A stretch of DNA of 64,000 nucleotides from Promethearchaeota archaeon (GTDB lineage Archaea > Asgardarchaeota > Thorarchaeia > Thorarchaeales > Thorarchaeaceae): the NCBI GenBank assembly GCA_014728035.1, contig WJMJ01000148.1, positions 64,001-128,000 of the forward strand, in the 5' to 3' direction. Position numbers and translations under genes: made by a program. A model generated the notes under the pieces. It did not search any database and was not told the DNA's origin. It was given only the letters and a program-made list of their open reading frames with translations. This document shows positions 49,726 to 59,556 of this stretch, piece after piece; position 1 is the first letter of the stretch, and each line of letters opens with the position of its first letter.

Positions 49726-51234
49726 GTGACCGCATATAACAAACTGATGAGTCTCATAAAAGAGATCTATGTGCTAAATAGTGCTGCTGGAATCATTCAG
49801 TGGGATCAAGAAACCTACATGCCTCCAAAAGGGATTCGGCTAAGGTCAGAACAGCTCTCACTGCTTGGGATGTTAGCTCATAGAAAAATGACAAGTACAC
49901 AACTTGGTCAATATCTTGATGAAGCAATGAAGAATTTTGATGATTTTGACGAAGTTGAAAAAAGGAATCTTATTCTCTTCAAGAAGGAGTACGATATTCA
50001 AACTGTAATTCCAGAAGAACTAGTCGGACAAATAGCCAAGCAAAGGGTTGTTTCTGTAGAGACCTGGAAAAAAGCTAAAGCTGCAAATGACTGGAAGATG
50101 TTTCAACCTGAACTTGAGAAGATGGTCGAACTGTCAGTAAAACGAGCTGAATTAACCATGGATGTCATTGAAGCATCCACTCCATATAATGCAATGATTG
50201 ACACATTTGAGCCAAAAATGACAGCAGATGCCATTGATAAAGTTTTTAGTGAACTTCGCGATGGACTTGTTCCCCTTACGAAGAAATACTCTGATATCTC
50301 TGCAGAGATTGACGATTCATTTCTTTCACGAATCGTTCCGATTGAGAAACAGAGAATCATGGCAACAGAATTAGCAAACATAGCAGGATATGATACTACA
50401 TCTGATGAAGCTGGTGGCAGAATAGACGAGGTTGAACATCCCTTCACAACAGGCTATTATGATGATGTTAGAATTACCGTGAAGTACCATCCGGAGAATG
50501 TATCATCTATGATCTATGCTATTCTTCATGAAGCAGGCCATGCACTGTATGAACAGAACCTTAATTCTGATTGGATGTTCCAACCAATTGGTTCCGCCTC
50601 TAGCTATGGTGTTCATGAATCACAGTCTAGATTTTTGGAGAATATGATTGGTCGGTCTCCAGAATTTCTCCAATATTATCTCCCACAGTTCAGAAATCAA
50701 ACAGGTGGTCTTTTTGCAGATGTCAAAGATGACCTTCTACTCCAAAGTTTCAACTTAGTTAAACCCTCTCTCATTAGAATTGAAGCAGACGAGGTTACAT
50801 ATTCACTTCACGTCATAATCAGATTTGAGATTGAGAAAGCTCTCTTCTCAGGAAAAATAGATATTGGAGACTTGCCTCAATTTTGGAATGAAAAATACGA
50901 AGAATACCTCGGAGTACAAGTTCCCAATGATAGTAGGGGTGTTATGCAAGATACGCATTGGGCATCCGGATACTATGGATACTTCCCGTCTTATGCCCTA
51001 GGAAATGTGTTTGATGGTATGTGGTTAAGTGCTTTGAACAAAGATGTCCCAGACTGGCGTGAAAGTGTCAAAGAAGGGAAACTAAATCCAGCAATGGATT
51101 GGATGAAGAAGAACGTACATCACCATTCAAATATGTACGATCCCTTAGACTTGGTCAAAGTTGTAACTGGAAGCGAAATGTCCGCTAAGCCCTTCTTGAA
51201 ATACCTCGAAAACAAATTTGAGAAAATCTTCTAA
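49726..51234 (+). CDS. Carboxypeptidase M32 (Taq-type)
   Basis: WDQETYMP, HPF, DVRIT, HEAGH, HESQSR, IRIEADE, QDTHW, GYFPSY. Confidence 0.96.
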   Translation: MTAYNKLMSLIKEIYVLNSAAGIIQWDQETYMPPKGIRLRSEQLSLLGMLAHRKMTSTQLGQYLDEAMKNFDDFDEVEKRNLILFKKEYDIQTVIPEELVGQIAKQRVVSVETWKKAKAANDWKMFQPELEKMVELSVKRAELTMDVIEASTPYNAMIDTFEPKMTADAIDKVFSELRDGLVPLTKKYSDISAEIDDSFLSRIVPIEKQRIMATELANIAGYDTTSDEAGGRIDEVEHPFTTGYYDDVRITVKYHPENVSSMIYAILHEAGHALYEQNLNSDWMFQPIGSASSYGVHESQSRFLENMIGRSPEFLQYYLPQFRNQTGGLFADVKDDLLLQSFNLVKPSLIRIEADEVTYSLHVIIRFEIEKALFSGKIDIGDLPQFWNEKYEEYLGVQVPNDSRGVMQDTHWASGYYGYFPSYALGNVFDGMWLSALNKDVPDWRESVKEGKLNPAMDWMKKNVHHHSNMYDPLDLVKVVTGSEMSAKPFLKYLENKFEKIF

Positions 51235-51242
51235 TTTTGAGT

Positions 51243-51308
51243 GTGGAGTGGTAGATCCACTCCATAACTCTATTTTCAAAAAAGGAAAGAACAGGGAAAG
51301 TCCCTGTT
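51243..51308. terminator. Pair of hairpin terminators between convergent genes
   Basis: GTGGAGTGG-tagat-CCACTCCAT (51243-65) and AACAGGGA-aag-TCCCTGTT (51290-308), separated by T/A tracts. Confidence 0.55.
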
Positions 51309-51312
51309 TATA

Positions 51313-52707
51313 TTAACCTGTAACTGAGAATCCATCAATTACCATAGTTGGCAGGAACACACCATTTGTGGTCAATTCAACATCAGACCCAACATGGAGA
51401 ATGTTCTTAAAGCCCTCATAGAAATTGCCTGCAACAGATACTGGCTTCAAAGGAGTAACGATTTCACCATCTTCCACGAGAAAGACTGAGTTGGCGACAC
51501 AGGAAAATTCACCTGTTGCTACAGATGAGTGAAATATCCCAATAGGACTCTCTGTGATGTATATGGCTTTTCCATCGATTGCTCCAAAGATTTCTTCTTT
51601 GCTCTTGGAACCAGGAGAAACTGAAATAGTCTTCACACTAACACCAGGAGTTTGCTCATAAGGAGTTGCACCACCAAACAATCCCTGAGACCGTTCACAG
51701 TTACCAGTTGACCCGATACCAAATATCTTGCCATAGTATGTATCAAACAAGTGTGTCTTCAGAACGCCACTTTCGACAATGACATTCTTTTGCTGTGGAA
51801 GTCCTTCATGGTCTACCGCACTTGTTCCCCAACCATCAGGTTTCTGACCATCATCGACCAAAGTGAACTCCTTCGATGCGATTGTATCACCAATCATATC
51901 ACAAAGTGGAGAAATACCCTCAACAATAAAACGACCTGTTGATGCAGTAGCGATACTCGGAATAATATACGAGTCTCCAGCTCTTGGACCCCATATCGTT
52001 GGCAACGATTCAGTCATATCCAAGGCTTTAGCACCATGTTGTTCAGTTGCTCGTTTCACGGCTAACTCGCCAAGACCTTCAATATCGAATAAACGGTCTC
52101 TTGCTCCATCAAAGCCAAATCCAGTCTTTCTCTCTTCACCTTCAATAGACATCACATATCCATAGCCATAGTTGAATCCACCACGTGAAGCTGCAGCAAT
52201 TCCTCTACTACTGATTATGGCATAACCACCCCAGCCAGTATTCGATTGTCCCGAAAATACCTTTACGCGTTCATCGATACCTTGAGCATCCTCAATAATC
52301 TGTTGAGTCTTTTCAATCAATTCATCAATGCTAACGGACAAAATATCTTTTGAGAACAATCCGTCTTTTCCAGCAGGTTTTGGATCAGCAAATCCGACCC
52401 AACGTTCATCCTCTGAGCTGGTCTTCTCAACAATGCTTTTTGCTTCTTTGATACTGAATTTTACTCGATCTAATGAAATCCCACTCGCAGAGGCAAAGCC
52501 AACCTTTTTACCTTTTGAAACTCGTACAGCATTTCCTGTTGTAGCTCCATCGTTAGCAGATACAATACCCTGCTGGATTGAAACACTCTGAGTGTTTTGG
52601 TAAAACAGGAATATTTCGTATTCCATTGCAGAATCGAGTGATTCAGCATGTTTTAATGCAGTGTCTCCAATAGCAAGCAATTCATCATTAATTGTTTCAT
52701 ATTTCAT
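51313..52707 (-). CDS. pmbA: PmbA/TldE-family protein
   Basis: DHEG, STGNC, TGEFS, VAGNF; lacks HExxxH; coupled to tldD. Confidence 0.88.
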   Translation of the reverse strand: MKYETINDELLAIGDTALKHAESLDSAMEYEIFLFYQNTQSVSIQQGIVSANDGATTGNAVRVSKGKKVGFASASGISLDRVKFSIKEAKSIVEKTSSEDERWVGFADPKPAGKDGLFSKDILSVSIDELIEKTQQIIEDAQGIDERVKVFSGQSNTGWGGYAIISSRGIAAASRGGFNYGYGYVMSIEGEERKTGFGFDGARDRLFDIEGLGELAVKRATEQHGAKALDMTESLPTIWGPRAGDSYIIPSIATASTGRFIVEGISPLCDMIGDTIASKEFTLVDDGQKPDGWGTSAVDHEGLPQQKNVIVESGVLKTHLFDTYYGKIFGIGSTGNCERSQGLFGGATPYEQTPGVSVKTISVSPGSKSKEEIFGAIDGKAIYITESPIGIFHSSVATGEFSCVANSVFLVEDGEIVTPLKPVSVAGNFYEGFKNILHVGSDVELTTNGVFLPTMVIDGFSVTG

Positions 52708-54128
52708 TATGCTTTCCCTCCAAAAGTTACATCCTTCACAAGTAATTTTGGCCCGCCCAATCCTGTCGGTAATGGAAACTGACCACCTTTACCACAACCA
52801 CCAAAGTATCCACTTTTTATTACTAGTCTATCTGTTGCTCCATATACATTGTTAAGCAATTCTAGAATGTTCCCAGATAGGGCAACCTCCCGAAGTGGGT
52901 GTTGAATCTCACCATTTTCTACCCAATAGCCTCGAATAGCTTTGAACAGAAAACTACCATCTCCTTGCACTTGGCCACCAGTTGTCTGTATTGCATAGAC
53001 ACCTGTTCCAAGTTCTTCAAGCGCTTCTTCTTCATTAGAAATTTCACCTGGAGCAAAATAGGTGTTCGTCATTCTACATATTGGTGGGTAAATGAATTGA
53101 ACAGCTCTGGCATTGCCGGACGGTTTCTGGCCGAGTTTCTGAGCAGTCCCTCGATTATGTAGATAATGTTTCAGAATTCCTTTGTTTAAAATGACTGTGT
53201 CACTACCTGCAATTCCTTGATCATCATAAGGCATCCAGAGTCCACCATATTTTGTCAAGTCTGGTACTCCATTATCATGAATGGTAGCATGTTCACTACC
53301 AATTCGCTCTCCAATCTTACCTGAAAGAGGAGAACTACCGGTTACAACAAAATCAGCTTCACTGAGGTGTCCGAAAGACTCGTGTGCTAATACACCAACA
53401 AGAGATTCTTCGATTAAGGTTGAGAATTTGCCAGCAGGACATGCTTTTGCTGTTAATTGTTCCTTAGCTCGGACTGCTGCTTCTTTACCAAATCCTTCTG
53501 GTACGTCTCCAGCATATGCTTCTAATCCAACTGTACCCCCATATCGTTCGGTACCATAGACCATAGCTCCTGAATCGGTCTTTGAAGTTACAGTCACTCT
53601 AAGCTCAGTAGTTAGAAAGTCCCAATCTATCTCAGAATGATCAGAATTGTAGAGCATCTTTTTACCATACAATTCACCATACAATCCTCGGATGTTACGA
53701 ACACTCTCGCCATGTTCTTGAGCAGTTTCGACGCAACGATTGACTAGGTCAGTTTTGTGTGCGATATCATATTCATCAGGATGCATCTTTACACTAGGAG
53801 TTTCGGTTGACTTGCTTCTAATCGCATCACCTTTTTCAAAAGGCAGCTTCAACATAGCAACAGCAGCAGAGGTCTTAGCCATTTTGAATGCCTTTTCTGT
53901 TGCCGTCATTATTGCATCTTTATCATCGCTTGCACTGAACGAGAATCCAGAAACACCCTCAACGTATGCTGTGATGCCAAATCCTTTTCTGGATTTTACA
54001 AGTATACTTTTCCATGTGTCATCAGTTCGTTCAAGAGTACGAAGCGTGAGATTATCAAATCTTGCTTCTACAAAATCTGCTCCGAGTTTCTCTCCGAATG
54101 AAACACATTCCTTTAGTTTTTCCATCAT
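52707..54128 (-). CDS. tldD: TldD-family metalloprotease
   Basis: HESFGHLSEAD, YDDQG, GNARA, RMTNTY, GGCGKGGQ. Confidence 0.95.
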   Translation of the reverse strand: MMEKLKECVSFGEKLGADFVEARFDNLTLRTLERTDDTWKSILVKSRKGFGITAYVEGVSGFSFSASDDKDAIMTATEKAFKMAKTSAAVAMLKLPFEKGDAIRSKSTETPSVKMHPDEYDIAHKTDLVNRCVETAQEHGESVRNIRGLYGELYGKKMLYNSDHSEIDWDFLTTELRVTVTSKTDSGAMVYGTERYGGTVGLEAYAGDVPEGFGKEAAVRAKEQLTAKACPAGKFSTLIEESLVGVLAHESFGHLSEADFVVTGSSPLSGKIGERIGSEHATIHDNGVPDLTKYGGLWMPYDDQGIAGSDTVILNKGILKHYLHNRGTAQKLGQKPSGNARAVQFIYPPICRMTNTYFAPGEISNEEEALEELGTGVYAIQTTGGQVQGDGSFLFKAIRGYWVENGEIQHPLREVALSGNILELLNNVYGATDRLVIKSGYFGGCGKGGQFPLPTGLGGPKLLVKDVTFGGKA

Positions 54129-54429
54129 ATTTGTTCTCTCTTAGTTCTTCTAACTGAAAGTAATATGGTCAGTCTGTATAATGATTCTGAGACTTAGTGA
54201 CCATATATCAAATCACTTTTCAAATATTTTTTACAATATATGAATAGTTCTTCTAGTTGTTCTGAGTAACGATATCAATGATAAATTAGCAGATATAAGA
54301 GCTAGTCACAAAATAGGCTCACATGTTGTTACTATATGGAGAGAGCAAAATCCAAGATATCTACAAGTTGTTCTTTACTAAACGGATTAATACATTTTGA
54401 TGAGCCAAATCCAGAAATGCATGATCGCA

Positions 54430-54990
54430 TTATGGTTCCATCGATTCTCTTTCAGTAGGTGTCTTGAAAAGCTTTTCAACAACTAATCGTGCCATTTTTG
54501 CAAAAGCCTCATTGACATTCTTGTCTAATCGAACGCTCATCTCAATGTACTCTCCATTGAACTTTTCTGCTACTTCCTTTCCCTCCTCAGTGGAAACAAC
54601 ACGTTCCATCACAAGATCTACCTTGTTTGCAACTAGGAGTGGTACATAATTATCAAGGTTCTTATCCACTTCAGCTTTCCAGTCAAGAATATCATTCAAA
54701 CTTTCCCACTGAGTTACGTCAAAAAGGAACATTACACCTGAAGCGCCATTATAGTAATTTGCACGAACACGTTCTAGAAAATCTTGTGAGCCCATGTCCC
54801 ATATCTGCAGGTTGACGTAGGTATCCTTGTCTAATCTAATCTTTTTGAAGGCAAAACCAGTACCAAGAGTTGGAGAGTAATGCTCCCTAAAAGCACCAGT
54901 AGAATAACGAACAATCATAGAAGTCTTCCCTACTGACGCGCTTCCTACGGTTACAATCTTCAATAAATAAGTCGGGCTCATTAATAACAC
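54430..54990 (-). CDS. Rab/Ras-like small GTPase with atypical G3/G5
   Basis: G1 GSASVGKTS, G2 YSPTLG, G3 WDMGSQ, G4 NKVD, G5 SVR; no C-terminal Cys motif. Confidence 0.92.
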   Translation of the reverse strand: MLLMSPTYLLKIVTVGSASVGKTSMIVRYSTGAFREHYSPTLGTGFAFKKIRLDKDTYVNLQIWDMGSQDFLERVRANYYNGASGVMFLFDVTQWESLNDILDWKAEVDKNLDNYVPLLVANKVDLVMERVVSTEEGKEVAEKFNGEYIEMSVRLDKNVNEAFAKMARLVVEKLFKTPTERESMEP

Positions 54991-55051
54991 CTCATTGAGT
55001 ACAAATGTGTTTGGAATCCTAAATAACCATTACTTGGACATCTAATGAATT

Positions 55052-55849
55052 TCATATGATTTGCAATCCTAATTGTCTTCCTAGTACAATAACAGTGAGA
55101 CAAGCAGCAGGACTAAGGTTAGCGTATCCTTCAATAAAGCGATTTAATTGAACCTCGTCTAATCTCTGGATATTCTCAATGCTATAATCATTACCAAGCG
55201 AGAAGGATGAACATGCACACAAGCCTGCGACTGACGTTGGTCCATATGTACTAATTGCTCGTAGTACTAGTCGGTATACTAAACCAATGAGCTCGTGTTT
55301 ATCACCAGATAATTTTACACAATCGAAAAACGTCCCATCCTGAAACTTCTTATCTTGCGTCATTAATTCTAACCAAAACGCAAATTCCTCAAAACCAATG
55401 AAGTCCTTAGAGGAATATCTTGGAAAGAGAACTTGATTATAGTTATTAACTAGATGTAAAGAGAATCTTGGCAAATCTTCATTGTCAAGCTTCATGACAA
55501 AACGGGCCATTAATTTTGTCCATTCTCCAAAAACCCAATGAACCGAAGTTGTCTGTGTAGGGTAAATTTTTGAAGCATCTATACAAACTGACCATTGATT
55601 ATTTTTGCATTGGATATGCTCCAGAATCAATTCCAACTCAGGATCCTCAGCCAACTTTGTCATTATATTATCAACAATATCACTGGAATAGACCATTTCA
55701 GCAACACGCAAAATAATTTCAAAGGCCTCCCGAACCATGAGAATACGCCTCGACTCGCCTGAGAGCGCATCTATTGTTTCTTGATCGGATGCATTTTGAA
55801 GTAGCTTGATAGAGCCTTTCTTTTCACCCAAGTTATCGAGTTTTGCCAA
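55052..55849 (-). CDS. Stand-alone paralog of the C-terminal half of 55965..57572
   Basis: RRIL..E..E..LR..E.VYS, GEWTKL.A, RY.S.DF.G.EEF.FWLEL.T.DK and GND are shared. Confidence 0.8.
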   Translation of the reverse strand: MAKLDNLGEKKGSIKLLQNASDQETIDALSGESRRILMVREAFEIILRVAEMVYSSDIVDNIMTKLAEDPELELILEHIQCKNNQWSVCIDASKIYPTQTTSVHWVFGEWTKLMARFVMKLDNEDLPRFSLHLVNNYNQVLFPRYSSKDFIGFEEFAFWLELMTQDKKFQDGTFFDCVKLSGDKHELIGLVYRLVLRAISTYGPTSVAGLCACSSFSLGNDYSIENIQRLDEVQLNRFIEGYANLSPAACLTVIVLGRQLGLQII

Positions 55850-55964
55850 ATAATCACCAGTGTGTTGTTTCTTGTGATACTTCTTTTTAATATCACGGAT
55901 TTCAAGTAATTACACTAGATTATAACAGATATCCATATAGAAATGTTACTTGTTGGCATTATGA

Positions 55965-57572
55965 TTAGATTATCTTTCTAGAGCCATTCTTTTTTGACCG
56001 TAACACTTCTGGTACTTGGATGCCTCTCTGTTTCGCTAAGATGAGAATAGAAAGACGAGACGCTGGTCCTAATTTTGAATAATTAATAATGAAAGTTTCA
56101 AGAGTCTGCTCGCTATACTGTTCCATCCATTTTGCAGAGAGGTCATTACCAAAAGCAATGCCAGACGCAGTACAAATATCTTTGATACGTTCTTCTCCAT
56201 AAATCGATTTTCCCCGTAACAAAAGAATGTACGCTAAATCAAGAGCTGTTTTCCGTCCGGAATCCGCAATACTCCCAGCTCTTGTCGTAATTGGTCTATG
56301 CCATTTGTCAATTGTAAGGAGCTCTAACCAAAAGGAAAATTCTTCCATGCCACGAAAATCAAGACTGGTATATCGATCAAATAGAAATGTGGTAAATGAC
56401 GAAATTATTCGTTCAATAAAAACCTCAAGTTTTCTTGAATCAAACGCTTCGATATATTGTGCAACGAGCTTAGTCCACTCACCATACACAAGCATCATCT
56501 TGTTAATTGGAAGGTTTATGTAAACATCCGGATGAAAATCAATTGTCCATCGCTTAGCAAAATATCTAATCTGGCCTACAACTTCAGGTGAAGCTGTCTT
56601 ATTTAATACTGATTTTATTGCAGCTCCAGCTTCAAGATGAGAATAGACTTGTTCGGAAATGCGTAGTAAGACTTCCAATACCTCTTTAGCTAACAAGATT
56701 CTACGCATCTCAGGGCCTAGAACAAGAATTGCATCTTTATCCATTAGATAGTCCAGAGCTTTGTAAATATCGGTTTCATCGAACTGATCTCTAAGAAGAT
56801 GGATAATATCACCGACACTTCTACGTCCGTCAATAAATCCTCGAATTCGTGGTATTATTGGTAGTAGTCGCGGATAATGATTCTTTAGTGCTTTATAATC
56901 CTGAGACGATGATCGCTGATACTCGATATATCGACTTCTAACAGAAATATAATCTCCCGGACCAAGCATATTTTTGAAACGAATTGCTCGAAATGCCCAT
57001 AACTTTGACATTTCTAACAGTAGAGCCTTTTCTGTCACCCCTCCTTCAATCTTAATACGTTCTATTGTTCGTGTTCCATCAATGAGGTCAGTAACTGCAT
57101 TTCTATGAGCATCTCCAAGAATGATACCTGGCAGAAAGTAAGGAACCCATTTTCCAGGTAGTTCTTGGAAAGCTAATTTTTGCATCACGCGTTCTCCAAA
57201 TGCTTGCAAATAGATTTCTACAAAAGAAGAGTCTAGGTCATGAGGTGCTGCAGACGCTAACCATTCAAGTTCAAACTCCGCAAGTAGTGAAGTAAGTATC
57301 TGTGGAATCTCAGGTAGTATTGGTCCGTAACTTATAGCTATTAGATTCGTTTGTACTCCCGTGATGACTGTGAATACCCTAGCTCCGTAATCAATATTGA
57401 ACTTGGGTACTCTGGTTTCTAATACTTCTTTAGAAAACATGTCAATCGCTGCAAAGAAACTAGATGCCAACATAGGATCCATTTCCTTTGAACGGGGATC
57501 TAACTGCATGAAGAATCGAGGCATTCCATTTCGGTCCATAATGAGAATGGCCTCTATATTATGGCGTACCAC
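55965..57572 (-). CDS. Longin-domain protein with NPRL2/NPRL3-like winged-helix repeats and an unknown C-terminal domain
   Basis: Longin pattern (ILIMDRNGMP...DPMLASSFFAAIDMFSKE...IDYG); then WVP...LIDGTRTIERI...KLWAFRAI and FIDGRRSVGDII...LDYLMDKDAI. Confidence 0.7.
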   Translation of the reverse strand: MVRHNIEAILIMDRNGMPRFFMQLDPRSKEMDPMLASSFFAAIDMFSKEVLETRVPKFNIDYGARVFTVITGVQTNLIAISYGPILPEIPQILTSLLAEFELEWLASAAPHDLDSSFVEIYLQAFGERVMQKLAFQELPGKWVPYFLPGIILGDAHRNAVTDLIDGTRTIERIKIEGGVTEKALLLEMSKLWAFRAIRFKNMLGPGDYISVRSRYIEYQRSSSQDYKALKNHYPRLLPIIPRIRGFIDGRRSVGDIIHLLRDQFDETDIYKALDYLMDKDAILVLGPEMRRILLAKEVLEVLLRISEQVYSHLEAGAAIKSVLNKTASPEVVGQIRYFAKRWTIDFHPDVYINLPINKMMLVYGEWTKLVAQYIEAFDSRKLEVFIERIISSFTTFLFDRYTSLDFRGMEEFSFWLELLTIDKWHRPITTRAGSIADSGRKTALDLAYILLLRGKSIYGEERIKDICTASGIAFGNDLSAKWMEQYSEQTLETFIINYSKLGPASRLSILILAKQRGIQVPEVLRSKKNGSRKII

Positions 57573-57651
57573 TGCAAGGTCCTCACTATCCTCGTGAGTG
57601 TTTTATAATATTAGCATTGTTGGGGGATAGTAATAAGAAAAACAAGCTAGC

Positions 57652-57813
57652 GGCAGGTACAAAGACCTGCCAGACTAACTAAAAACTTCGGTTTTTCCCA
57701 TGAATTGTGTGCTGGCGATGCACGAACTATGCGTCATAGTTTAATGTTCTTTGTGACGTCTGGAGAACGTCGTCGATGCGTTCGTTCTAGATCTTTGCTA
57801 ATCACTGCCAGCA
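57652..57813 (+). ncRNA. Structured intergenic RNA candidate
   Basis: Several hairpins including a C-UUCG-G tetraloop; closing stem TGCTGGC/GCCAGCA; GC-richer than other intergenic DNA. Strand is inferred from the UUCG loop. Confidence 0.4.
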
Positions 57814-57861
57814 AATAATAGCATATCATATATCATATTATAATGTTTTGGCTATGGACAT

Positions 57862-58422
57862 TTATTTCTTGCCAGGTAACTTTGGGTGAACGGGGGGATA
57901 AGTAGCATAGAGTGACCTAGCTATCCTTAGAAAAATGTCTTTAACATTAAAGCCTGTCTTTGCCGAAGTCTCATAGAATGGGAAGCCATGAGAATCAGCA
58001 TAGTTTCTACCAATTGCGGGAATGACCTCACGTTGATGAGTCATGTCTGCTTTATTTCCAAGAACAATGCAAGGAAGAGTTCTCCCGTCAACAGTCTTGA
58101 TACTCTCAGTTAGTCCTTCTAGCCAATAAGGAATATTCTCAAATGATTCCATAGAGGTTATATCATACACAAGTATAGCGTAATGAGCACCTTTGTAATA
58201 CTTCGTTCTGAGCTCGTCAAAAGATGCTTGACCACCTAAATCAATCACTGTGAGGATAACTGGAGTAAACGTATCAATATTCAAGGCAATAGCACTAAGG
58301 TCTACTCCAACCGTAGCAGTATAATCTTCATCAAATTCACCTAACAATAATTGACGAATTAACGAGCTCTTACCTACTGAAGCATCTCCAACAAGCAATA
58401 CTTTGTATGCTGCAACCGCCAA
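57862..58422 (-). CDS. Rab-like small GTPase (canonical motifs)
   Basis: G1 GDASVGKSS, G2 YTATVG, G3 DLGGQ, G4 NKAD, G5 ETSAK; likely TTG start at 58422 after AGGAG. Confidence 0.93.
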   Translation of the reverse strand: MAVAAYKVLLVGDASVGKSSLIRQLLLGEFDEDYTATVGVDLSAIALNIDTFTPVILTVIDLGGQASFDELRTKYYKGAHYAILVYDITSMESFENIPYWLEGLTESIKTVDGRTLPCIVLGNKADMTHQREVIPAIGRNYADSHGFPFYETSAKTGFNVKDIFLRIARSLYATYPPVHPKLPGKK

Positions 58423-58596
58423 CGTGGTATCTCCTTGAGTATATCTAACTCTTATCGATAAATCCTTTACAAATGTGAATAATACAACACGTACAAATAA
58501 GGTCATTTCGTCTTCTTCTAAAAGATATTAGCTCCATTCTTCTATAATGAACCGTGAGAAGGAAAAGACTATCTAGCTAAAACCGAGTTAGTAATT

Positions 58597-59487
58597 GTGA
58601 TTATAGTGCTCAATTATGAGGGAAGTATCTGGAGACCTCCCAGTGAAGCAAGAAGTCTTATTCTTCAAGCCACAGTGGGATGTTCCCATAATGCTTGTAC
58701 ATTTTGTATTTCTTACAAAAAGAAGAAATACCGAGTTAGAGGTGTTGAGGGTATCAAAGAAGATCTCTCCAAAATACCAAATAGCTATCTTCATAGAGTA
58801 CGTAGAGTTTTTCTTGCAGATGGCAATGCTTTAGCTGTAGATGTAGACGAGATGCAATTAATTCTTGCAGAGTTAAATAAATCAATCCCGAATCTTGAAC
58901 GAGTTGGAACCTATGCATATGCAAAAGATGTTGATGGAAAAACTGTTGAAGATCTAAAAGACTTGAAAAAAGCAGGTCTTGGAATTGTATACTTAGGTCT
59001 CGAAACTGGTGATGACCAGCTACTTGAATGGGTGAGAAAAGGATTAGATTCTAAGAAAAATATTGATTCATGTCTTATGGTTAGAAAAGCTGGTATTCCT
59101 CTATCCCTAACCATCATTCTGGGTCTAGGAGGACTTGAACTTTCTGAACGACATGCAAAAGCTACAGCCGAAGTTCTAAACAAGATTGACCCTGAATATG
59201 TAGGAGCACTTACACTCATGATTCCGGAAGGAACTCCTCTCCATTCAATTACGCAACGTGGAGAGTTCAAACCAATGTCCCCTAGTCAGATTCTTTCAGA
59301 AATGAAAATTCTCGTTCAACACCTTAATCTCACCGAGTGCATCTTTAGAACAAATCATGCTTCAAATTACCTTCCTGTGAGAGGAACACTAAATCGAGAT
59401 AAACAATTGATTCTGGATCAAATCACAGCAGCTCTAAATCAAGGTGAATCAGCACATCTAAGAACTGAATACATGAGAGGCTTGTAG
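58597..59487 (+). CDS. Radical SAM protein
   Basis: RPPSEARS, CSHNACTFC (CxxxCxxC), FLADGNAL, GLETG, NHASNY. Confidence 0.92.
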   Translation: MIIVLNYEGSIWRPPSEARSLILQATVGCSHNACTFCISYKKKKYRVRGVEGIKEDLSKIPNSYLHRVRRVFLADGNALAVDVDEMQLILAELNKSIPNLERVGTYAYAKDVDGKTVEDLKDLKKAGLGIVYLGLETGDDQLLEWVRKGLDSKKNIDSCLMVRKAGIPLSLTIILGLGGLELSERHAKATAEVLNKIDPEYVGALTLMIPEGTPLHSITQRGEFKPMSPSQILSEMKILVQHLNLTECIFRTNHASNYLPVRGTLNRDKQLILDQITAALNQGESAHLRTEYMRGL

Positions 59488-59556
59488 ATAAATAACAACA
59501 AAAGCCATATCAATCATGGTGCTTATAATAGGGATAAACTTACGGAAGGGAAATCC

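Noticed and set aside
54162-54206. Inverted repeat ATATGGTCA...TGACCATAT upstream of tldD
   Set aside because: Single instance overlapping the promoter; cannot distinguish an operator from chance
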